From positions 11,784-75,783 of IMG/VR virus record IMGVR_UViG_3300009008_000029: 64,000 nucleotides of DNA, one strand, 5' to 3'. Both the position numbers and the translations under genes were made by a program. Shown piece by piece: positions 36,455 to 46,554 of this stretch; within the stretch, counting starts at the first letter, position 1, and each line of letters starts with the position of its first letter. This stretch comes from a virus. The notes under the pieces are model-generated. The model made no database searches, was not told where the DNA came from, and worked only from the letters and a program-made list of their open reading frames with translations.

Positions 36455-39400
36455 TGGCGGATAAGCCTGTTGACAAAAACCTGCTGCCGGGACTGCTTGA
36501 ACAGAACCCCTCCCCTTGGAAGGAGGGCGGTCAGGACCGGAAGACCCGGATTCAAGAGCAGGTCGACCGGGTTATGGGCATCTTCCGTCAGTTGATCCCC
36601 AGCAACTATGTGAGTCGGGTTTCGGGTCCATGGTACATGACCCAGTTCCAAACAATCGCCGAACGCCTTGCCGATTTCCAGATCACCGCACAGGAGACAT
36701 TCGCCGATAGTTCGCTCGATTACACCCGCCCGGAGGTGCTGTATCAGATCATCGGTGACCTGATTTTCCCAGAAGCCGAGAAGGGATACCCCACCCTTGA
36801 AGGTGACCTGACATATCGTGAGTTCCTGTACAACATGGTATCCCTCCTACTGGGTGGTTCGACTACCGAGGGCATGAAGGCTGGGATTGAGCTTCTGACA
36901 GAGGCCACGGTAGAGATTATCGAGCGAGGGCGGCAAGCTCGGCTACTGGGAGACAATGCAGCGTGGGGGGCCGCTGACACTCACGTTGACGAGATCAATA
37001 TCAGTCAGGAAGCGGCGACCATTACGGTTGGGGACCAAGATATTGTCCTCTACCGTTTCCCGGAGGAGCCCTTCACACTCTACCGGAACGTCAAGCTCGT
37101 TTTGCGGGCGTTGAAGCCGGGCCACGTCATCTACAAGTATCGGCATCTGTTCCAAGATACTTTCGGCACCCTGTTCACCGAGTCCTCAAGTTGGTCAATG
37201 GACTCGTACTACTATCAGGATTTCCGGCGGTACTGGTTCGGGGCCGAGAAGATTACTGGGACAGCGGGTATCACTTGGACGGGCAATCGCAATGTCTTCA
37301 GTGACCATACAAGAGATTTCTCAACGGTTCGTGCTGGGGCAACGCTTACGGTCACGACCGGGGTCAACTCGGTAGGCTCCTCCACAACGGATGAGTCCTA
37401 TGTGGGACGGTACAAGGTAGCTTCGGTTCTTGCCTTCCTTCAAGATGACACGACCGCCCGTGCGTATACGACAGCCCCCACCGGTTTGTCTGGGACGGCT
37501 ACGGTGTCCGGGGATGAAGTTACCGACAGTGAGCAAACCGACTGGGCTACCGTTGAGGAAGGTGAGGTACTAACCTTTACAGCGGGGCCAAACGCAGGTT
37601 CCTACCGAATCAAAGACATCTTGGGCCTCAACGGTGGTCCCGCCGGTTTCGCAACCTCGGCTACTGGGACGACAATCAGAATTGCACCTAGCATCCTTCG
37701 ACTGAACCGCAGAATGGGTCTGGCTGCGACGGGTCAGTCTTACGAGGTGACCCTTGACCGGCTGGGTGTTCAGAATCCCAGAGAGGCCACCGAGGATGTG
37801 ACTGAGTACTTCTTGGGTCCGGGTTCCGCCAAGGATAGCTTCTCAACCCGGCGTGGTCCTCTCGTCAAAGACTGGGGCAGCATGACCCCGGCGACGAAGA
37901 ACGACGTTACGGTGACGGTTGATGATGTTGAGGTGACGGTTGAGTCTGTCAACCCCTTCACTGGGAAGGTGACGCTGGCTAGTTCCATTGGGCCTTTTGA
38001 CCCGGCGGAGCCTGAGTCCACCGTTAGCATCACGTATAACTGGTTCCCCACACCGATTCTGCCTCTTTCGGAGTTGAACCTTGAGGGTGCGGTACTGGGA
38101 CAGTGGGACATCCCGTTGGGACACCACTCTCCACCGGCCCACGGGGACCAGATTCAAGACGCTACGCACCCCAAGGGTGCCGTAGGGCTGTCCCGGTTCC
38201 CAATGTGCGTTGTTCTGGGGCCAGTAACACCCCTAGAACCGCTTTTGGTAAGCCACCGGTACATCGGCTTTGAGAAGGGCTACTCGGCCTTACTGAACAG
38301 TCCTACAACCCTCAAATTGAACCAGAGCCCTTGGGTGAGTCAGATTCCGAGCTTCGACTACCCTACAGCGGGCGTGTCCGTAGCCTATGAGGGAGATGTA
38401 CTCCCGACCGCCGCAACGAACGCTTGGTCATTGGTTGGTTCCGATGCAGGAGGTTTGAACGGGGACGGGACAATCACGGTGAGCGACATCGTAGGGGCCG
38501 CACCGGACCCCGACTCCCTCAATGTCACGATGTATCAGCGTGAGGTTGATCTGTCCTTCCCGGCATCCCTCTACGTTGTGGGCCGCATGGACATCCTCAA
38601 ATATGAGGCATCGGGTGTTTTCACGGGCGTCTCGATGGGGGTGCATGACAACAAACACCTCTATGCGATGGGTGCTCTGGAGTTTGATTCCGGGGATACC
38701 ACTGTTGAGTCCGTAAAGGCTGTTGGTCTATTGACGGATGCAACCCGCCCGGATCTTCTGGCCAGTTGGGAGGTTGGACCCAAGGCAACGGGGAGTGTCA
38801 CAGCCAGTGCTACGGTGAGTTTCACCACTACGGACATCCCGGATGGCGTTGAAGAGGACAGCAGATTCCAAATCCTGACTGGGACACAGGCTGGTGTGTA
38901 TACGGTCTCCAGTATGGTGGAACAGACGGATGGGACGACCACCGTCACCGTCACACCTGATTTCCCCGCCAACTACCGGTTGTATGGAAACAAGACGGTT
39001 GTAGCGGTCTTTGAAAGCTGGGGTGTGAATCCGAATGCCGAGGGTGAGGTGTCCGCCTCGGACGTTGTGACCGTGACCACTACCGATATCCCAGTAGGGG
39101 CAGAGACTGACACCACTTTGGTTATCCCAAGGGGTGAACAGACTGGAACCTACACGATTACGGACCTGAAGGCACATCTGGACGGAACGACCTCTATCTA
39201 TGTCTCACCCGCATTCCCGGCGGACTACAGCATTGAGGGAAACGCTGCCGTAACGATCATCTTCCAGATCAATACCGCAGACCCTGTGACCTACCGGCTC
39301 GTTGTAGACCCAGATCAGAAAACGGGAACTCTGATGGTCTCAGGGGCCATTACTGGGACGGTAGCCAGCTTAACGGGTGAAACCTCCTTGCCGAACCCTG

Positions 39401-41895
39401 CCGATGCGGGAGAGTTGTTCACGACAGATGAGAGGGGCCGGGTTTGGTGGGGGTCCATCAACTCCCTTGCGACTTCGGACACCTCATGGTCTTTCCTACG
39501 GTACGGCGTTGTCCCGGACCAGACTGCCATTAGGGGGTATTCCACCTCCGTCAACACCGACATGACAGTCCTGCCGGAAGCAGACAGCCCAGAGTGGTAT
39601 CTGGAAAGAGCCTACGGGTACTCCAAGATCGATTCAGGACTGCTCCTCAAATCAACTGCGGGGAGTAGTTCCTCTACCTTCTCCTATGATTACAAGAGGA
39701 TCGAACCCTACGCAACGCCCGCCAGCAATATCGAACTGCGTGGAGAGTTGCAGGTTCAGACTGGGACATGCGGGAGTTTGGATGGTGGGATAACCCTGAC
39801 GACAACGGAACGTCAGGTTGTACTGGGGACGCTCTTGTACAGCGAGAGCGGATTGCAGACTCCTTACCGTCAGTTGTTGGATATGCCTTTGACGAGTATG
39901 ACCGCAGAGTACTCGCCTTTGGATCAAGGTTGGGTGTTGAACTCGGCGACCGGTTTGGAGGGTGAAACTCTGGGTCGGGATCTGGTACTTGCGGTCGAGG
40001 AGGAGCAAGCCAAGGTCTACCGCTCTTCCGTTGACAGTTCCCAGAGCCATTCCGGTTGGGTCTTTGAATCTCGCATGGCGGTTGATCTGGCTACGGGAGA
40101 TCCCGGTTGGATTATGGGCCTCCTGACGGATGAGGCCAGCCTGTACCTGAAGTTGACGGGGCCGACCACACCGACAATCCAATTGGTCAAGACTGACGGG
40201 GATGTGGTGGTTCAGGAGTACTCGTTTGACTGGACCGATGAGGAGCTTCATTCCATCCGGCTCGTTGAGTCTTCCGGTGTGATCACGGTGTTCTTGGATG
40301 ACACCGTGCAAGTTCCAACTCTCACGACCGCTGATTTTGCACCGGACGTACCCCCGAGTCCCAACACATCCTACATTCTGTTCGGCACCTCAATAGCAGC
40401 GGGTGGGGCGGACGTGACGACACGGTGGCGGTCAGCCTCTTTGTCCTTGCTACCCCCGTCCACAGCGAAGCGGACACTGGGGATTTGGAAGGGTGGTCTC
40501 CAGACTGACATTGATAACTGGGAGATTCCCCGGACGGATACGAGTTCGGCTGCCAACTCGGAAGAGGTCGGTCCGGTCATTGAAGAGATCGACTGGCGGT
40601 CCTCAACAAAGGTCAGGCTGCTTTGGACCCCCGGTTGGGGCGTTACGATGTTCTTGCCGGATGAAGACCTGCCCCCGTACTACGACCTTGAGGAGGACGG
40701 GGTGGCTGGGACGGGGTACATCCACGAGTCCAACCAGCCTTCAGCGGGTTGGATTAATGTGGAGCAACCCAACATTCCGGTACACACCAGCACCTTTGGG
40801 GGTGTTTCGTTCGGGGCGTTGAACCCCAGTGCCGTAACTCAGCAGAAATGGGCTGACATCCGGTACACCATCTTCCGGGAAGCCTCTGGGGACCACAAAT
40901 CCCCGGAACACATGGTGCTGAACCAGTTCAATGTGATCACCAGTGGTGAGATGCTTCGGGATGTGACGTTGGAGTCCGAAGCTATTCAGGTGGTTGACAC
41001 CTCAACCCTGAACCTCCGTCCCTGCCACATCAATGCAAAGGACGTGTACACGGTCGTAGACGGGAGTTCCACCTATGATCGTTCGTACTGGTCCTTTGAC
41101 CCGGAGACCCAAACGGTCACGATGAACGAAGGGTTCACCTTCTCTTCGGCGACAGCAACGGTGACCGTATTCTTCATCCCCAGCAAGCCGGTGACGACAA
41201 CATACCTCCAGAAACAACCTTTGGCGGACGGTGTGACCCAGTTGAATGAGGGGACACCTCCAGTACCCAAAGGTCAACTTGCTGAAGCCTCCCTGTTTGA
41301 TTCCTCCGGCGAACTGCTGGAGGTTGAGGGGGCGTTGATCGATGACGACACGGATGAGTTGGACAAGGTTGTTGCCCCGCAGGACGATCCAGATGCTCTA
41401 TACGAGAGCATGGAGTTCATCGAGGTCACCAATGATGGCCTCACGGGACTGATTACGACCATCAACGAGGGCCAGCTTGCCGAGGGTACTACCGGATACA
41501 GTTCTCTTGAGGGTGAGACAGTCTACAGCCCGGAGGGTACGGGGGCATCACTGGGTGGTGTTGGATGTTGTGAGGGACTGAAAGCAACGGACACGAAGGT
41601 GGGTGCCGTTTCCGGGGGCCATGTCCTAGGTCTTGAAGGGACATCGTACTGGGACAAGGGCAGGACACTAAATGACCACGGGTTACCTCAAGTTGGAGGT
41701 GTCCCCGGTGGTAGTATGACAAGTGGTATCTGCGGGCCGGTAGATGCTGGTCTGATGTATTGCAATAACGCCCAGAAGGGTGCTCCCGGACCCGGCCCAG
41801 TGACGAATGGGATGGGGGCTGCCCGGATGACGTTGAAGGATACCGAGACGGGAGATATTACCTCTTGGCTCGTTGAAGCCGATCCCCCCTTGTAG
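36454..41895 (+). CDS. Baseplate wedge protein (P2 gpI / T4 gp7-like N-terminus) extended by many beta domains
   Basis: N-terminal YREFL..MVSLLLGGST..GM..GIELLT...VEIIE...RALKPGHV. It follows gpJ with a TAATG overlap and carries internal repeats and LamG/ConA-like strands (FDWTDEELHSIRLV..GVITVFLDD). Confidence 0.65.
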   Translation: MADKPVDKNLLPGLLEQNPSPWKEGGQDRKTRIQEQVDRVMGIFRQLIPSNYVSRVSGPWYMTQFQTIAERLADFQITAQETFADSSLDYTRPEVLYQIIGDLIFPEAEKGYPTLEGDLTYREFLYNMVSLLLGGSTTEGMKAGIELLTEATVEIIERGRQARLLGDNAAWGAADTHVDEINISQEAATITVGDQDIVLYRFPEEPFTLYRNVKLVLRALKPGHVIYKYRHLFQDTFGTLFTESSSWSMDSYYYQDFRRYWFGAEKITGTAGITWTGNRNVFSDHTRDFSTVRAGATLTVTTGVNSVGSSTTDESYVGRYKVASVLAFLQDDTTARAYTTAPTGLSGTATVSGDEVTDSEQTDWATVEEGEVLTFTAGPNAGSYRIKDILGLNGGPAGFATSATGTTIRIAPSILRLNRRMGLAATGQSYEVTLDRLGVQNPREATEDVTEYFLGPGSAKDSFSTRRGPLVKDWGSMTPATKNDVTVTVDDVEVTVESVNPFTGKVTLASSIGPFDPAEPESTVSITYNWFPTPILPLSELNLEGAVLGQWDIPLGHHSPPAHGDQIQDATHPKGAVGLSRFPMCVVLGPVTPLEPLLVSHRYIGFEKGYSALLNSPTTLKLNQSPWVSQIPSFDYPTAGVSVAYEGDVLPTAATNAWSLVGSDAGGLNGDGTITVSDIVGAAPDPDSLNVTMYQREVDLSFPASLYVVGRMDILKYEASGVFTGVSMGVHDNKHLYAMGALEFDSGDTTVESVKAVGLLTDATRPDLLASWEVGPKATGSVTASATVSFTTTDIPDGVEEDSRFQILTGTQAGVYTVSSMVEQTDGTTTVTVTPDFPANYRLYGNKTVVAVFESWGVNPNAEGEVSASDVVTVTTTDIPVGAETDTTLVIPRGEQTGTYTITDLKAHLDGTTSIYVSPAFPADYSIEGNAAVTIIFQINTADPVTYRLVVDPDQKTGTLMVSGAITGTVASLTGETSLPNPADAGELFTTDERGRVWWGSINSLATSDTSWSFLRYGVVPDQTAIRGYSTSVNTDMTVLPEADSPEWYLERAYGYSKIDSGLLLKSTAGSSSSTFSYDYKRIEPYATPASNIELRGELQVQTGTCGSLDGGITLTTTERQVVLGTLLYSESGLQTPYRQLLDMPLTSMTAEYSPLDQGWVLNSATGLEGETLGRDLVLAVEEEQAKVYRSSVDSSQSHSGWVFESRMAVDLATGDPGWIMGLLTDEASLYLKLTGPTTPTIQLVKTDGDVVVQEYSFDWTDEELHSIRLVESSGVITVFLDDTVQVPTLTTADFAPDVPPSPNTSYILFGTSIAAGGADVTTRWRSASLSLLPPSTAKRTLGIWKGGLQTDIDNWEIPRTDTSSAANSEEVGPVIEEIDWRSSTKVRLLWTPGWGVTMFLPDEDLPPYYDLEEDGVAGTGYIHESNQPSAGWINVEQPNIPVHTSTFGGVSFGALNPSAVTQQKWADIRYTIFREASGDHKSPEHMVLNQFNVITSGEMLRDVTLESEAIQVVDTSTLNLRPCHINAKDVYTVVDGSSTYDRSYWSFDPETQTVTMNEGFTFSSATATVTVFFIPSKPVTTTYLQKQPLADGVTQLNEGTPPVPKGQLAEASLFDSSGELLEVEGALIDDDTDELDKVVAPQDDPDALYESMEFIEVTNDGLTGLITTINEGQLAEGTTGYSSLEGETVYSPEGTGASLGGVGCCEGLKATDTKVGAVSGGHVLGLEGTSYWDKGRTLNDHGLPQVGGVPGGSMTSGICGPVDAGLMYCNNAQKGAPGPGPVTNGMGAARMTLKDTETGDITSWLVEADPPL
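38785..39270 (+). repeat. Tandem duplication of an 84-aa module inside the 1813-aa wedge protein
   Basis: ATGSVTASATVSFTTTDIPDG...TQAGVYTV..DGTTTVTVTPDFPANY versus AEGEVSASDVVTVTTTDIPVG...EQTGTYTI..DGTTSIYVSPAFPADY, period 252 nt. Confidence 0.85.
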
Positions 41896-41931
41896 CGGTA
41901 AAACGCCTATCTGATAAGGGGGGTAGGGCGT
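41896..41931 (+). promoter_or_regulatory. Candidate late promoter/operator, copy 2 (CGGT-N4-CGYCTAT-N12-GTAG, hairpin-forming)
   Basis: cggt aaaa cgcctat ctgataaggggg gtag. ACGCCTATC pairs with GGTA(G)GGCGT. GGAGG follows at 41934-41938. Confidence 0.5.
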
Positions 41932-41944
41932 CAGGAGGACGGCG

Positions 41945-42601
41945 ATGATCCAGCGGGAGCACCTGAGACAGATACGGCAAGGAGTCAAAATGGGGATGAA
42001 TATGGGCACTCACGTTGAAGCCGAGGTCTTGACGGACCGGGCGGAGGGCGTGTTTTACTTCAAGATGACGGATGCCCGGTCCGGTGATGTCCTGAAAGAG
42101 TGGACGGCCAAGAACCGTATCACAAGGGATGCTGGTATTCTGGTTGCCCGTTTGTTGAAGGATAGCACCAGCCCGAACGCCGGGGTCAACAACGGCCTCA
42201 AGATGCTTGCCATCGGGACGGGGGCGACGGGCAACATTCTGTCGCCAGACTCACCGCAGGATACGCAACGGAAGCTGAACACAGAGATCGCCCGCAAAGC
42301 CTTCTCGACTACCCAGTTCAGGAATGCAGCGGGCATCGCAGTGTCTATCCCGACCAACATCGTAGATTACACCGTTGTTTTCGGTGAGGCCGAAGCGGTC
42401 GGGGCGTTGAACGAGATGGCCCTCATCAGTCCATACTCGGCGGACCCTGAGACCACGAATCCGATTGACAACGGGCCGGACGATTATGATGCGACGATTG
42501 ACGTGAGTGCGTTGGACCTGATGGCCAACTACCTGACGTTCCCGGTCGTGTCCAAACCCAGTACCGCCATCCTGACGATCACTTGGAGGATCACGGCCTG
42601 A
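41945..42601 (+). CDS. Tail-collar / fibre-attachment baseplate protein (DUF3751-like pattern)
   Basis: The pattern NRITRDAGILVARLL...MLAIGTG...TQRKLNTEIARK...VFGEAEAVGALNEMAL...TFPVVSK...LTITWRITA matches this family. RBS GGAGG. Confidence 0.7.
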   Translation: MIQREHLRQIRQGVKMGMNMGTHVEAEVLTDRAEGVFYFKMTDARSGDVLKEWTAKNRITRDAGILVARLLKDSTSPNAGVNNGLKMLAIGTGATGNILSPDSPQDTQRKLNTEIARKAFSTTQFRNAAGIAVSIPTNIVDYTVVFGEAEAVGALNEMALISPYSADPETTNPIDNGPDDYDATIDVSALDLMANYLTFPVVSKPSTAILTITWRITA

Positions 42602-42984
42602 TGACCACGGAACTTGAAAGAAAGTGGTTCGGAAAGGTCGGATACCCGGTACGGGATGACGACGTGACCGAGACCTTCAAGGTCACAGCGAGTCCGAAGG
42701 TCATGGAACGCTTCAAGCGGTTCCTGACATTTCTAGCCTACAATGGCGGGCACAGCGGGATTTTTGGGCTGTATTTCGACGGTGATGGTTCGGATTTTCT
42801 GCGGGTCGAACCCAAACTGGACAGGAAATACACCAAAGGGATGCATGCCATCGGCGGCACTGGGGCAGATGTAGAGATTGCGGGGGGTGAAGGCTACTCG
42901 GGCCGGTTCCTTGATTGGGATCGTGCTTCTTGGTCTGCTGCGGATGATAGCAAGGAAGCACATAAAGAGGGTGAGGCTGAGTAA
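42601..42984 (+). CDS. Small hypothetical protein, non-structural in character
   Basis: ATG 42601 overlaps the upstream TGA and its TAA overlaps the next ATG. 127 aa, motif GGHSGIFGLYFDGDGSDF. Confidence 0.65.
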   Translation: MTTELERKWFGKVGYPVRDDDVTETFKVTASPKVMERFKRFLTFLAYNGGHSGIFGLYFDGDGSDFLRVEPKLDRKYTKGMHAIGGTGADVEIAGGEGYSGRFLDWDRASWSAADDSKEAHKEGEAE

Positions 42985-45900
42985 TGGCCATAAAGGACTA
43001 CGACAAACACTTTGAGGGTCTAGCCGATCCGGGTTGTGTCATCGAGACACCAAATACGGTGTCTCGTAGCCTAGCTGTAGGAGACCGTTCCTTCCAGACC
43101 GCCGTTTGGCAATCCGGGAAACCGATTCTGGATTCGGACCTTCTCCTTGGGCAAGACATCCGGGAATGGAACCAACGTATGTTCCGTCGGTGGCAGATCC
43201 CCTCTGGGTGGCTGCGTGCAACGGGTCACTTTGACGTTCGGAACGACTACACACTGGGGACGGCACCGACGGGTATTTCGGACAACCTCCCCTCTGGTGG
43301 CGATGCCTCCATCAATGTCGCCGATGACACCCTCATCAACACTATCGTCCTCCCCCGGCTTGAAGCAGCGATTGCCGGGATGCCCTTGGTCGTTGAGAAC
43401 ACCTACACCGAGACCTCGGGCTACAACCTGATTGCACTGGAAGCCCCAACCATCTACGACGGCACCTCCGATACCGTCAAGCGTACCGATTTTGTCTTTG
43501 TTGAGGCATGGCTCGCACTGGTAGCACCCAGCCCGGCGGCCACCGGATATGTTGAGATTGCTTCCAATGATGATCTGGAGGCCGGGGACAAGATTACCAT
43601 TGACGGGAATGACCTGACCGCAGTAGCAGGAGCACCCGGAATAGATCAGTTCCAGATTGGTGCCTCGGCTGTGGTCACCGCCGAGAACATCGCCACCGCA
43701 ATCAACACTACAACCAACTCCTTTGAGGAGATTGTCTACGGGCGAGCCTCAGAGGGGGTCGTTTACCTAACCGCAATTACGGTCGGGACGGCAGGAAACG
43801 CCATCACTTTGTCCGTGACCGTCACAACACCGGGAACAATGGTTGCGTCTGGCGCAACCTTGACCGGGGGTGCGACTCGCCCCAGCAAGCCTTCTACGGC
43901 ACAGGACAAGATTTACCCGCACGGGAACGTCATGTCGCCGGAGAACACATGGTTGGACGATGATCTGGTAGACCCAACCTTGCGGCTGGAGAGCACCCAG
44001 AGAGTTCAACTTCAATACCGCATCCGGGTGACGGGTGCGACGGAAGCTGTCAATTACAAGACGCACCCGGATGGCTTCTCAAACCGTTCAGGGGGTCTGC
44101 CCACTATCAAGGCTATGGGCGGAGGATCTTCCGTAGTAGACGATTACCCCTTCATTCCAGCAGACGGTTCCAGCACATGGATCAGTAGCTCTGCTGCGGC
44201 TTACGGTCTCGTAGATGATGGCTTGTGGGTTGCGGGGGATGGCACAACGACATCGGCAGAGGCACTGGGGGCGTTGGATGGTTACGTCTATGCGATTCCG
44301 ATTTGCTTCATCCACCGTCACAATGATTGTTCCGATGAGACTGCTGGGGTGCAGGGGTTCGATCCGCTGGTGAATACGAATGGGGGGCCGACATACCTCC
44401 ATGATGAGTTCACTGGGCAGCTAGGCACCGTCCCGGTAGGGGCTTCCGACCGACCGGATGGGAATTTCTGCGATGTCATTGTGGACTCCAACATTCTGGA
44501 CCTCCGGCGTCATGTCATGATGGCGGGGTTGGATTCGGCGAGCGAGTTGAGCTACCAGATTCAGTCCTTGCTGGACGGGACGATGAAGACATGGTCCATC
44601 GATACCGCTTCCAAGCAGGAACTGGGGGACGGGTCCGGCGACGTGTCGGTTCAGTACCTTGTCTGCGATGAGGTGGGGCGAAGCACGGCTCATAACGGCA
44701 ACGGTACGACATCTGGTACGACTACCCGTGGCGAGTTCATCCGTGAGTTTGATCATATCGCCCGGCGGTTTGCGGACCAGTCCATCATCGAGCGTGTTGT
44801 CATCAGCTTCTATCCGGGAGACCGTGCAGAGGGTCCGGTTGTAGCACCCGGCACCATCAATCCCGGCAAGTATGTCACGAAGGTAGCGGGGGAGAGTTCT
44901 ACTACTTGGTATGACGGGGATGTACTCCATCTGGATCTGTCGAACCTCGATTCCTCTACACTGGGGACCATCTTTGACGGTCGGGACGGTGCGGGGGCAA
45001 CCTACGATACGGGACTGCCTATCAGCGAGGTTCTGCCGGAGGGGACGGTGATTACGGATGTTCTTTCCGCCTATCACGATGATGGAAATTTCACCGCTGC
45101 GATTGAGCAGTCAGTTGAGATGTCCGTTGTCAAAGGTCTGGGTACACTCCACTTAGCGGTCACACTGGATGCAAATGACCGTGAGGCTACCGGTGGGATT
45201 GATGCTGCGGCCTATAAGGTGGTTGAGTCCAATACGGGAGATGACGGGTCGCCCCGGCGGATCTTCCTTGAGGTAGAGATCACATATCCCATTGGTTCCG
45301 GGACAACGGATCACCCCGATTTGGAACTGACCCCTACTCCGGCAATGTACGACGGTTCCGGCACGACCGGTCAGGTTCCCGGTCCGGGGCCAGTGATCGA
45401 GGACGATGCCGACCAGAGACCCAATGATTTGAATGCACTGATGGCTCCCCGGTTCCGTGAGGGTTACCGGGAGGTTGGGCTGGAGTACATCCCGAATGAT
45501 ACCGTCACCCATGACCCGGCGGAGAAACGGACCAGTGAGAAGGTGGGTTCAAATGTGGACACCACGGAGACCCTCGTAAGCCGGGGTATCCGTACCCTCT
45601 ACTTCCCACGACGTATCTGGGGGAGTTCTACGGTGGCCAACAACCCGGTCGTGACCGATACGGTGGCTGCGGCTGCTGTACCAGTAGATGACACCCTTAC
45701 GGAATATGGGAGTAGTTCCCGGAAGCTGATTTTGGATGATGCCTTGTCAGCGGCTCAGACGTTGTGCGAGGTTGAATACTACCCGCAAGACCCGATCCCC
45801 AACTACGGTGCTCTAGGCGGCGGTTACCAGTTGAGTGTCTACTATCGGAGTAATGCTCCTCAGACCGCCGGAGTGAAGGAAGGTGCTATCGGTACGGGTG

Positions 45901-46541
45901 AGACCGGTGTGATTCCGACAACCTTGAATGTCGAGCCTCTGGCACTGGGTTCCGTCTTGTGGACAGGTCAGGTGAGTTCCGGGTCCGTTGATCAGGCTTA
46001 CCCTTACGGCCAACCGCTGGATCAGATTCCCATCAATGATGGGGCTTCACCCTCGATCCGTGAGTGGTTCTTCTGTGCCACGGCGAATATCAGCATTGAC
46101 GATTTCAATGCTGAGACGGGGTTGTTGAATCTGCACCCCTTCACCGCTCCTGATGGGCAGAGTCTGTTCCAGTTTGGCGGGACGGATAATGCCCGCAAGC
46201 CCCGCAAGGATGCTGAGTTGCGGGCCTATTACCCCTTTGCCGCCGATTGGGTGTACCGACCTACAATTCTGTCCCAGCCTTTGTACGGTTCGGTCAGGCA
46301 CAAGGTCATCTACCCCATGCTGGTGAGGATCACAGAGGAAGTTGCGGGGACGGACGGTGGGTTGCTGTTCCGCAAGAACGAGGTTGCCTTGATGGTGTTG
46401 ACCCGGTTTGCGGAACTGGATGAAGAGAACGACGTCCGGTTTACGGATGCGGACAACACAACCTGTGCGGCCTTGTACCGCAGCAGGAATCTGCTGATGG
46501 TTGTGGGCGATAAGACGACTGCGGTCCCCGCAGAAAGTTGA
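42984..46541 (+). CDS. Tail fibre / fibre-network protein, paralogue A
   Basis: The N-terminal VWQSGKPILDSDL motif recalls DUF4815/DUF6519-type baseplate-anchoring N-termini. It shares many blocks with 56614..62886. Confidence 0.65.
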   Translation: MAIKDYDKHFEGLADPGCVIETPNTVSRSLAVGDRSFQTAVWQSGKPILDSDLLLGQDIREWNQRMFRRWQIPSGWLRATGHFDVRNDYTLGTAPTGISDNLPSGGDASINVADDTLINTIVLPRLEAAIAGMPLVVENTYTETSGYNLIALEAPTIYDGTSDTVKRTDFVFVEAWLALVAPSPAATGYVEIASNDDLEAGDKITIDGNDLTAVAGAPGIDQFQIGASAVVTAENIATAINTTTNSFEEIVYGRASEGVVYLTAITVGTAGNAITLSVTVTTPGTMVASGATLTGGATRPSKPSTAQDKIYPHGNVMSPENTWLDDDLVDPTLRLESTQRVQLQYRIRVTGATEAVNYKTHPDGFSNRSGGLPTIKAMGGGSSVVDDYPFIPADGSSTWISSSAAAYGLVDDGLWVAGDGTTTSAEALGALDGYVYAIPICFIHRHNDCSDETAGVQGFDPLVNTNGGPTYLHDEFTGQLGTVPVGASDRPDGNFCDVIVDSNILDLRRHVMMAGLDSASELSYQIQSLLDGTMKTWSIDTASKQELGDGSGDVSVQYLVCDEVGRSTAHNGNGTTSGTTTRGEFIREFDHIARRFADQSIIERVVISFYPGDRAEGPVVAPGTINPGKYVTKVAGESSTTWYDGDVLHLDLSNLDSSTLGTIFDGRDGAGATYDTGLPISEVLPEGTVITDVLSAYHDDGNFTAAIEQSVEMSVVKGLGTLHLAVTLDANDREATGGIDAAAYKVVESNTGDDGSPRRIFLEVEITYPIGSGTTDHPDLELTPTPAMYDGSGTTGQVPGPGPVIEDDADQRPNDLNALMAPRFREGYREVGLEYIPNDTVTHDPAEKRTSEKVGSNVDTTETLVSRGIRTLYFPRRIWGSSTVANNPVVTDTVAAAAVPVDDTLTEYGSSSRKLILDDALSAAQTLCEVEYYPQDPIPNYGALGGGYQLSVYYRSNAPQTAGVKEGAIGTGETGVIPTTLNVEPLALGSVLWTGQVSSGSVDQAYPYGQPLDQIPINDGASPSIREWFFCATANISIDDFNAETGLLNLHPFTAPDGQSLFQFGGTDNARKPRKDAELRAYYPFAADWVYRPTILSQPLYGSVRHKVIYPMLVRITEEVAGTDGGLLFRKNEVALMVLTRFAELDEENDVRFTDADNTTCAALYRSRNLLMVVGDKTTAVPAES

Positions 46542-46554
46542 TAGGGAGACGGAT

